From IMG/VR virus record IMGVR_UViG_3300027974_000116, positions 1-29,727 of that record: a DNA stretch of 29,727 bases; one strand, given 5' to 3'. The translations under genes were made by a program, and so were the position numbers. Position 1 is the first letter of the stretch. Every line of letters begins with the position of its first letter. Shown here piece after piece: positions 7,232 through 16,000 of the stretch. The notes under the pieces were generated by a model. The model had not been told where the DNA came from and searched no databases. It saw nothing but the letters and a program-made list of their open reading frames with translations. This stretch comes from a virus. Its lineage: Duplodnaviria > Caudoviricetes.

Positions 7232-9091
7232 GTGCCATACTTCCAAGACAATCTGGACGATGTCCTGGCGTTCGACGGAATCCGTCAATTCAATGGCGGC
7301 CAGGCCAGTGGCATTCAATCGGAAAATTTGGCAGAAAACCAATCTCAAGAGTTAAGGAATATGACCCTGTCTCCACAGGGAAGGGCAGAAACTAGGTACG
7401 GATTCGCAACCTTCTCAACCGGAGGCACAACAACCGGGACAACTTCAGTCGGTGGGATGGGTTATTACGACACCGCAAGCAACGAGCAATTGCTTACAGT
7501 TTCCGGTGGAAGATTGTTCTCTGTAAACAATGGCGGAGTTGCAACAAGGCAACCAACGCTTGCAACCTGGTCGGCCACAACCTCGACCTGGGGCACAACA
7601 AGTCAGATATGGGAGAGTGGTTATCTGGTTTCATCTACAGCAAAAGTAAATATGACCCAGTTTAATGACTTTGAGTATCTTGTGGATGGGGTCGGACCAT
7701 TGACGGTTTGGGATGGAACGAGCATAAAACAACAAGGGGGAAAGCTACGAGCAATTACAGTTTCATCTGCTGGTACTGGTTATACTTCGGCCACGGCAAT
7801 CATTACAGGACCAGACCTTGGCGGAACGCCTCCAACCCTGGTTACGACTGTAGCTGGAGGGGCTGTAACAGCTATTGAAGTATCGAACAATTCTGATGCA
7901 AGATATTCATTTGCCCCGACTGTCACAATTATTGGCAATGGATCTGGTGCCACCGCAACTCCCTCTATGGGCCTGCCTCCTGTTGGGCTTCGTATTATTG
8001 TTGCCACCGGAGGGAATAGGCTATTCGGAGTTGGTAGCGGAGTAGAGCGCAACACGCTTTATTGCTCGGATATTCTCGATACTGCCCTGTGGGCATCAAA
8101 TAACAGCATTGTCGTTGGGAATGGTGATGGGCAAGAAATAACTGCAATTGTCCCATACTACGCAAATCGGATTATTGTGTTCAAGGCGTCTAAAATTTAT
8201 CAGGTAACTATACCAACCGATATGACTTCTGCCGCAGATTGGGTGGTTGAACAAGTAAGCTCAACAGTTGGATGTGCGGCTGAAAAGACAGCAGTACAGG
8301 TCAATTCGGACGTGTTTTTCTTGGCATCAGATGGAATACGTTCGCTCAGTCGGTCTGTTGCCGACGACTTTACTTCAGTCGGACTTCCACTCAGCGAAAC
8401 TATTAAAGACGTTATCCTTTCTATTAATCCTGTTGAAATTCAAAAATCATACGCAATATTTCATGACAATCGGTATATACTTTCCGTAGCTACAGGCACA
8501 AGCGACGCCTGCGACACAATGATAGTTTACAACACAATCCTACAATGCTTTGAGGGAACCTGGAGTTACGCAGCAGTCCAATTAGAGCAAACAAATTTCA
8601 GTGCGTTAGGTCGCAGGCTTGCAGCCAAGTCTCCCAATGGCTTAATTACAAATTATAATGGATATAAGACGCTAAATTCAACAGTTGAAAGTGATTACAA
8701 GGACGCCGGTTCTTATTACGAGTCCTACGTTTCTACCAGGGCCTTTATTTTTGAAGATCCATTTGCCAGTAAATATGGTAGCCATTTCGAGGTCAGCTTT
8801 GATAAGACATTTAGCGAAGACGTTGACATATTTATCCAGCGAGACACGGACTCATCATTTATATCAGTGCTTGCTAATCTGGACCCATCAAATATTGAGC
8901 TCTCGATTCCTTTTTACCTCCCGGCAATTCTTACCTCCCCAGAAAGAAAGAGAGTTGCCAATGATTTGCGCGCTTATGAGAAGTGGCGAAGCCTAGCCAT
9001 TAAGGTGGCAAGCTCGACAGGACAATTCTCACTTCGCCAAATCATGGCAGCAGCAAACCCGGACACATTAGTACTTCAGAAGTCGCTATGA
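7232..9091 (+). CDS. Tail tubular protein B / P22 gp10-like stabilisation (nozzle) protein
   Basis: 619 aa beta-rich; GDGQEITAI, IIVFK, VGCAAEKT, DVFFLASDGIRSL propeller motifs; inserted AITVSSAGTGYTSA..GSGATATP domain. Confidence 0.75.
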   Translation: MPYFQDNLDDVLAFDGIRQFNGGQASGIQSENLAENQSQELRNMTLSPQGRAETRYGFATFSTGGTTTGTTSVGGMGYYDTASNEQLLTVSGGRLFSVNNGGVATRQPTLATWSATTSTWGTTSQIWESGYLVSSTAKVNMTQFNDFEYLVDGVGPLTVWDGTSIKQQGGKLRAITVSSAGTGYTSATAIITGPDLGGTPPTLVTTVAGGAVTAIEVSNNSDARYSFAPTVTIIGNGSGATATPSMGLPPVGLRIIVATGGNRLFGVGSGVERNTLYCSDILDTALWASNNSIVVGNGDGQEITAIVPYYANRIIVFKASKIYQVTIPTDMTSAADWVVEQVSSTVGCAAEKTAVQVNSDVFFLASDGIRSLSRSVADDFTSVGLPLSETIKDVILSINPVEIQKSYAIFHDNRYILSVATGTSDACDTMIVYNTILQCFEGTWSYAAVQLEQTNFSALGRRLAAKSPNGLITNYNGYKTLNSTVESDYKDAGSYYESYVSTRAFIFEDPFASKYGSHFEVSFDKTFSEDVDIFIQRDTDSSFISVLANLDPSNIELSIPFYLPAILTSPERKRVANDLRAYEKWRSLAIKVASSTGQFSLRQIMAAANPDTLVLQKSL

Positions 9092-9468
9092 CCGCCATAG
9101 AATACATTGAGGCGTCCGGGGTTCCGGAGGGAATGTGGCACAACCTAGCTGATTGGTTTAGATGGTTTGAAAGGCAGGGCATGGTCGGAATTGTCGAGGA
9201 TTCGGATGGCATTGCCGGTGTAGCATTAGCCAGATGCCTTAAAGAGGGCCAGAAGCCCGATCACTACGTTCACTCCGAGGATGGGGACAATGTCTTTGTA
9301 GACTTGACGGTGTCATCAAAGGGTGCTATCTCCTTGAGGTGCCTGTTGCTTCTCCTTTGGGAGCGTTTTGGCATTCGTAAGCGTATTACGTTTAATCGTT
9401 CCGGGAAACCAAGGAGTTACGACTATATGACATTTATGCGAAAGGCATTCATCGGGTCAAAATTATGA
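9088..9468 (+). CDS. GNAT-fold-like small protein (T7 gp13-like position), paralog 1
   Basis: 126 aa between tail tube and ejection genes; aligns by eye with 9465..9845. Confidence 0.6.
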   Translation: MTAIEYIEASGVPEGMWHNLADWFRWFERQGMVGIVEDSDGIAGVALARCLKEGQKPDHYVHSEDGDNVFVDLTVSSKGAISLRCLLLLLWERFGIRKRITFNRSGKPRSYDYMTFMRKAFIGSKL

Positions 9469-9845
9469 CTCAAGAATCAGACATGATGAGAAGTCTTTAC
9501 AAGATTTCAAGCAAATGGGACACCCTTGATTTTTGGTTGGAATGGGCAAAATCAAATAAACTGCTTTTCAAGATATTTGACAAAAATGAATTTGCAGGAT
9601 TTATTGTAGTAAGACCAGTAAGCGACTTGAACAGAATTGAAGATTATTTTTATATGGAACAAAATGGTGACACATTATGGGCAGATATTGCTTGCTCAAA
9701 AATATATGGCGGAACCAAAATGTTATGGGCAATGATTGCAGAAAAATTCAAGAATTTTAAGTACGTTGCATTTAGGAGAAATGGTGGGAAAATGAAAACA
9801 TATAATTTTGATAGATTCACAGAACTCATGAAAGTTGGTGCATAA
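9465..9845 (+). CDS. GNAT-fold-like small protein, paralog 2 (AT-rich)
   Basis: 126 aa; W..W, AG....R, GD....D, F.R.G...Y shared with the preceding ORF. Confidence 0.6.
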   Translation: MTQESDMMRSLYKISSKWDTLDFWLEWAKSNKLLFKIFDKNEFAGFIVVRPVSDLNRIEDYFYMEQNGDTLWADIACSKIYGGTKMLWAMIAEKFKNFKYVAFRRNGGKMKTYNFDRFTELMKVGA

Positions 9846-10321
9846 TGGGTGGATCACCCTCTATTCCGTCACCGCCTCCCCCTCCAGACCCGCGAGAGGT
9901 GGCTCGGGCTAATGCTGAAGCCTATAGGATGAACATTGATACTTACATCGAAAAGTCTCCAGCAATGGCAGCTTTAGAAAACAAACTTCGCATTCAGTAT
10001 CTACCCCAGCAACGCTCGCTAGAACGCCAATTGTCAGCCTTAGATCAGCAAGCTGGCGTACAATCTGGAATGCAACTAGAGCGTCAATATGGTCCGCAGA
10101 GGACTCTGGAAGGGTTGCGCAGATCGTATGAACAAAGCCCACAAGCGTATGCCCTAAACCGAGGACTAGGCGATCAAATGACTAAGCAGTTCGAACGTCT
10201 TTACGGAACTAGCCCCTATGGCTCAGTTGAGCAGAATGTAGCGTTTAACCGCCAACCAGGACCAGTTGATTTTTATGGAACAGTTGGAACGAACATCAGC
10301 AACCCAGAACTAAAGGCTTAA
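9845..10321 (+). CDS. Small ejection (internal virion) protein
   Basis: MGGSPSIPSPPPPPDP start, Gln-rich helical body; first of the ejection-protein series. Confidence 0.7.
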   Translation: MGGSPSIPSPPPPPDPREVARANAEAYRMNIDTYIEKSPAMAALENKLRIQYLPQQRSLERQLSALDQQAGVQSGMQLERQYGPQRTLEGLRRSYEQSPQAYALNRGLGDQMTKQFERLYGTSPYGSVEQNVAFNRQPGPVDFYGTVGTNISNPELKA

Positions 10322-10322
10322 T

Positions 10323-12047
10323 ATGGGGAATCAACAAAAACCAAGGCCAACAAGATACAGGATCAATAGCAATGGAGACATTGAAACAGCAGATGTAAAT
10401 CAAAGCGGGATTTACAATTATGACAAATATGGAGGGGAATTTCCATACACAAACATAGCTGATGTTCAGAATGAAATTTCAAGAAGGCAAAATGCCAATA
10501 TTAAAAATCTTCAAGACACCTACGAAAAGCGTCTTGCTGAAGTTACTAGCCAAGAAAACACCCGCAACTCTCTTGCCTCGCAAATCCAGGCATTAACTGC
10601 TGGAGGCTTGGGAATGCAAAATCCTAATGCTGGTCCAGAGTTTAACCAGGCCTTATCACAACTTTCTGCTGGTCGTAATTATGGATCGTCTGACCTTGGC
10701 TCAATGCTAAACTTCCAAGTATCCGACAATCAGATCGTTGATGATTACAATAACTCAAAGTTATCCCGCCTCAACAGCGTGATTGAGCGTGGCAACACGC
10801 AGATTGCTGGTATTACCGAAAGGCTTAACTCTGCCAACAAACTTCTTGCCGATCTTCCCGCTGGCGATGCTAGGCGTACTTCTTCAGAAGTATTCATCAA
10901 GCAACTTAGCAATGACTTAAAAAGCGTAACTAGCGCAGTTACTGACGCGCAGGATATGCAAAAGAATTTCACTCCGATTACGATGGACAGCCCAGAAGGG
11001 TTAAAAGAGATCACGGCATTTAGATCATTTGTTCAATTGCCCGAAGAACGCGCTTCTCAGCAACTTTATCAGATTGATCCGGATTCTTATCGTACCGCGG
11101 TTAGCCTGGGCCAACAGTACAGGGATATGGCTACTCAACCGCTTGGGCCCACAACCACTCCAAAGACAGAGCAACTTCGCGCCACAATTGAAGAAGAGGC
11201 GATGAACCAGCTTCGGCTTGGATCTACGATTGGTGCCGAAGAACTTCGCGGGTACGAGCAAGCAATCCGAGGGGCTCAAACTGCCCGGGGCAATATTTTT
11301 GGCCTTGGACCAGCAGTGCAGGAGGCCGCGCAGATTGGCGCAGCCGGGGAACAGCGCAAACTGGCTCGGTTCGGGGCTGCGCAACAGTTCCTTGGATCTG
11401 GCGAAACTACTGGCGCAGCAAGGGCTCGCGATCTTTTACTTCGTGAAGGCGTCAAGCAGAACAGGCTCGGGGCCGCGGCTGGATTCATTGCCGGAGGGCC
11501 TAGTATTGGAAACCTGGCTCAAGCAAGAACAGCACAACAGCAGGGCGCGATGCAGGGCTATATCCAAGCGAACCAATCTCTTCCTGGTGGGTTTAATCAG
11601 CAGGCATCTACCGCTGCGCCTTTCTACCAAGCAGTTGATCAAAACATTCCTGTCGCCCTTACTCAGGCGTTTAATGATCTTTATCGCTCGCAAGCCAATT
11701 ACCAGGCCAGCACATACGGAGCCCAAGTTGGGGCGCAGGCCCAGGTTGATAGCGCGAATTCATTGCCTAACTATCTTTCCGCCGCCGGAGGCATCCTTGG
11801 AAAGGTTTCTCCAGGAGGCATATTTGGTGGATCTGGTGGTGGGCCAATTTTCTGTTGGGTCGCTAGAGAAGTCTATGGAGAAGAAAATCCTAAGTGGCTT
11901 CAGTTCCGCGAGTGGATGCTAACCAAAGCGTCCGATAATCTAAGAAACTTCTACACTGAGTATGGGGAAAGAATTGCGGAATCGATACGCAACAAACCAA
12001 AAATCAAGTCCATCATCCGCAAATGGATGGACAGCAAGATAGGATAA
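10323..12047 (+). CDS. Ejection (DNA transfer) protein with C-terminal CWVAREVYG (CFI-box-CTERM-like) domain
   Basis: 574 aa Gln/Ala/Gly-rich helical; RGAQTARGN motif; Gly linker then CWVAREVYG...FREW...Y..YGERIA. Confidence 0.7.
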   Translation: MGNQQKPRPTRYRINSNGDIETADVNQSGIYNYDKYGGEFPYTNIADVQNEISRRQNANIKNLQDTYEKRLAEVTSQENTRNSLASQIQALTAGGLGMQNPNAGPEFNQALSQLSAGRNYGSSDLGSMLNFQVSDNQIVDDYNNSKLSRLNSVIERGNTQIAGITERLNSANKLLADLPAGDARRTSSEVFIKQLSNDLKSVTSAVTDAQDMQKNFTPITMDSPEGLKEITAFRSFVQLPEERASQQLYQIDPDSYRTAVSLGQQYRDMATQPLGPTTTPKTEQLRATIEEEAMNQLRLGSTIGAEELRGYEQAIRGAQTARGNIFGLGPAVQEAAQIGAAGEQRKLARFGAAQQFLGSGETTGAARARDLLLREGVKQNRLGAAAGFIAGGPSIGNLAQARTAQQQGAMQGYIQANQSLPGGFNQQASTAAPFYQAVDQNIPVALTQAFNDLYRSQANYQASTYGAQVGAQAQVDSANSLPNYLSAAGGILGKVSPGGIFGGSGGGPIFCWVAREVYGEENPKWLQFREWMLTKASDNLRNFYTEYGERIAESIRNKPKIKSIIRKWMDSKIG

Positions 12048-12051
12048 CTTT

Positions 12052-13017
12052 ATGGCAGGACCAAGAGCTTTATTCCCATTTCCATCTCAGGCCGAAGAAT
12101 ACAGAAAAGAAGATGCTCGCCAGGCGATGGAAGATCAAGATCGCGCGCTTAGAGTTGAGATGCTCAAGCAAAAACTTTACCCCGAGCAAGAAGCAAAAAG
12201 AGTTGGTCAAGCCCTCATGGCATCGAGCGATCCTGTCGAACAGGCTGCGCTAATGAATAGGCTGGCAGAGACGACAGGAACAAGGGCAGCGCCCGGCACA
12301 AGCATCGTAGTTCCCGCCGGACTTTCAGAAGAACTTGTCGACGCCTACGTCGATCGCCAGGTCAACAAGGTTAAGTACTACAAAGAAAAGGCGATGATGG
12401 AGCAGGACCCGGAGAAGCGAAGAATCATGATGAACGTCGCTGACGCCGGGGAGAAAGCCCTTGTCGCCAAGGGTAAGGAGTTGACGCAGGCAGATTTTGC
12501 GTTTGAGTCAAACATCCGCGAGGCATATCGCATGGCAGACGAGCTTGAGAATACTGTAAAAAAGTACGGAAATTTTGAAACTGTTGACCCAGATGGGTCC
12601 GCAACACTGAAGCAAATTCCATACCTATTCGCAGTATCTCTAGCGAAAGTTCTTGATCCTGGATCTGTAGCAAGAGAAGGCGAAGTTGAGGCAGCCAGGA
12701 AGTTTGCCATCCCAATGGGGACAACTCCTGTATCTGTTGGATTCAACAATCCCCTCACAGGGCCAACCACGGCAACGACGCTCGCCGCGATTAAGAGCAT
12801 GAGGACAAGACTGAAGGCAAGGGCCGAAGACTACAAGAGCATTGCTGGAAGAACCGTTGAATTGCCCAAGTCGAACTTGGACGATCAATCGCAGGGCCAA
12901 CAAGCCGGGCAGGCTGGGCAACAGCAGATGCCGCAACAACCCGCACAACGTCCAATGAGTCCTACCGGATTCGGCGGATACGATCCTCGCACTCGCAAGG
13001 TAATTCAAAACCGCTAG
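12052..13017 (+). CDS. Ejection (internal virion) protein
   Basis: 321 aa helical; KVLDPGSVAREGE motif seen in podoviral DNA transfer proteins; Gln/Pro-rich tail. Confidence 0.7.
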   Translation: MAGPRALFPFPSQAEEYRKEDARQAMEDQDRALRVEMLKQKLYPEQEAKRVGQALMASSDPVEQAALMNRLAETTGTRAAPGTSIVVPAGLSEELVDAYVDRQVNKVKYYKEKAMMEQDPEKRRIMMNVADAGEKALVAKGKELTQADFAFESNIREAYRMADELENTVKKYGNFETVDPDGSATLKQIPYLFAVSLAKVLDPGSVAREGEVEAARKFAIPMGTTPVSVGFNNPLTGPTTATTLAAIKSMRTRLKARAEDYKSIAGRTVELPKSNLDDQSQGQQAGQAGQQQMPQQPAQRPMSPTGFGGYDPRTRKVIQNR

Positions 13018-13023
13018 TCGGTC

Positions 13024-16000
13024 ATGGCCGACGAAATCATCCAGGATCCATTGGAGGCAGCAAATTATTTGCTGCGCCAGTACCGCGACAATCCGAATTT
13101 TGAGTTTACGCAAGAAGAAGCGTCGCTAGTTCATAGCGCCTACGGTGGGGGAGTTTCATTTGTAGACTCTAAGCCTGTCATGGACGAGGCGTCGACCTCG
13201 TCATTCCTAAGATCTCAAGATGAATCAGATCCTTCGTTCATAGCTAGCGAAGAAGAGTTTTCGATTCTCAAGGCTACTGAGCCTGGAGCAATCAGCAGAA
13301 TTGGTGCTGGAATGACCGGGGCCGCGGAGTATCTTGGCCCTGTAATCAAAGAAGGCATCCCGGAACTAATCAAAACGGCATCGATGCGCGAGCCGAGGCC
13401 GGGCGATCCTTCACTTCCAGCTACATTGCTAGAAGCCGGGGCCAGGGGAACTGTCGACCTTGGCACAATGGCAGTCGGAGCATCTAAATTTATTGAAAAG
13501 GCTCCGTTCATGGTGGCTGGAGCGCTTGGAATGCAGGACGACTACAAGTCCTACCTAAACCAAAAGACGATCGACCAAAACTACCAGATGCAGGCGATCG
13601 ACAAGATGAACGCCGAAAGAGCCCAGGGCAAAAGCATTGTCGGATTGCCGGAAGGGACGTTCGCACCAAAGGCCGCGGAGGCCGCGAGCATGGTCCTAGA
13701 TCCGACGCTCGCAGTTCCATTCATTGGGCCAGGAGCGAAGGCGGCAGGAATTGCCGGAAGAGGATTAGGCGCCACAACTAAAATCGCCCGGGGGATTGAG
13801 ACCGCGGCCCGGGCAACAGGCGGAGCCATTGATCTTGGAGTCGAAAAGGTTGGGCAAGGTATCCAGCGCGTTCTGCCTGGCGTAACTGCGCCAAAGACTG
13901 CAGGAGCAATCGCCACAGGAGCGGCCGCAATAGGTATCCCCGGGGCATTTCCAATTGGAGCTAAGATAGCCGGGGTTAGGGCTGGAGCAGAGGTTGTGGA
14001 GCGCGGAGCCCAGGCAGTCCGGATCGCTGGAGAAGAGGCGATGACAGGACCATCCAGGATGACCGTCATGGAGCGCGTCGCGAAGAATCAGAAGAATCCC
14101 GAGTGGCTTAGAAAGGCCGCGAACACATCGATTGTATCTTCTCCGATCACGCAAGGGGCCGCGGAGCTTGGCCTGGAGACAGGCAAGGGCGCTGTCAAAT
14201 CTGCGGCCGTCGGCGCAGGGTTGGGCTATGTTGCGTCTGGAGGAGAGGAAGAGGGTATCGGTGGCGGATTGGTTATTGGGAGTGGTCTTGGCACGATTGG
14301 AGGAGCGGTCAAGGGAGTCGCAGCGATCCCAGCAAAGAAGGCGCTTGCCAAGCAGGGTGACGTCAACAGACTTTTCGCAAGGCAGGCGGATCTTGGCCTA
14401 GACGTAAACAAGATTGCCGACTATGTCCGCAAGGACAATCGCCCATTCCTAGACGCCGCGACTCTCCAGATGATGGCGCCCGACGTCCAAGTTGAATTCC
14501 ACGGTCGAGACTCGTTCATGATGCCCGAAAATGCTGGGATCAACGCGGCCGGAGTTGTCAAAGCAGTTCCAGATAAGTCAGGCACGACAAGGCTCCTAGT
14601 AAACATGGACGACATGCGGTCCTCCGGGGATACGGTTAAGCATGAGATCATGCATGCCATCATGAAGTCTCCGGCAATTAATAAGGCTGAAGGTCGGATG
14701 GCAGTCATGTCAGAATATGGTGAAGAGGGCCTGCGCAGATTTGGAAATGAGTACGCCAGGAAACTTTTGGAAGGCGAGCGCCAAGGCCGGGGCACACCGA
14801 CCGAGGCCGAAATAAGGGCAAAGGCAAACGAGCTCCGAGAAGGATCTCAGCGGTCCGAGCCTGGGGCCGGGGATCTTGATTGGATAGCGGACGAGGTTCT
14901 GGCAGAACAGTTTGTGGGCGAGTTCCGCGGGAAGGATTTAGATTCTCTGCGACGCAAGACCCTCCCGGGCACAGATCTGCTCTCGCTCCAGGAAGGATTC
15001 TTAGCCCCTGTTGGCAGGCTCTTGAATAAGTTTGGGATCGACACAACCGGGCCTAAGCCGACGAATATTGATACTCTATTCAAAGACAATCCTCTTGTTC
15101 CGTCTAAACAGCTTCGAGAGTTAACCTCAAGATGGTTCCGGGACCGCGACAAGTATCTTGACGGACTAGAGAAGGCAGAAAAGCAGAAGGACGTGACGCT
15201 AGTCCCGGGGCCAGGAAACAGAAACCTGGCTAACAATCCAGCAATCCAATTTACTCGCAACAGAAAGACAAATCTTGAGGAAAACGATTTTGCGGTAAGG
15301 TTCCCGGACGGTACTGTTCGAGCCAAAGACCCGGCATCGATTCTGGCAGTTGACAAGGCCCGGGTGGCAGACGTTGCCAAAATGTACGACCCCAACGCGG
15401 TCCTGGAGCGCGGGAGCCCTGAGTTTGGCGTCAAGATTCAGTCCGATGGCAAACCATACGTCGGTGGCAATACCCTCCCGGAGGGATTCTTTAACCTCGA
15501 CAGTTTTAACGATTTCACGAAGGAAGTAGCCAAGACCCTCCAGGACAGCCGTCAGGAGGGTAAGACATATTCTGTCTGGTACCAAAAGATCGGCACAGGC
15601 GAGGATGGGAGTTGGGCTCAGTCTGTTAAGCGCGGACTAGGCAACATTAAGGTTGGACAATCCGAGATCGCGTTCTTGGGTTGGCGCCTATCCAAGGCCG
15701 GGAACATCTTGGCTCAGGCAGTGGACATATCTGCTCTGCGCGGTCGCATGCTTGATTTTGCCAGGAGCGGAAAGGGCCGGATCAATGAAGTGTGGGGTGG
15801 AGACCTGTCGTCTTACGAGAAGGACGTCATGCAGTACCTGGACAACCATGCCAACGAAAGACCAGGCGAGACAGGGATCGGCATCGATAAGCGCAACGCG
15901 ATCAACTACCTATTCGGCATCACAAACATTGCCAACAAAAATGCGAATCCCATGTACGTAGCCGAAGGGCGTCCCCCGGGGAGCCTGGTCAAATCCTATC

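Noticed and set aside
11218-11922. 234-aa alternative-frame ORF inside the ejection gene
   Set aside because: TTG start without clear SD, Arg/Leu/Ser-rich composition of an off-frame read, and the main frame remains protein-like
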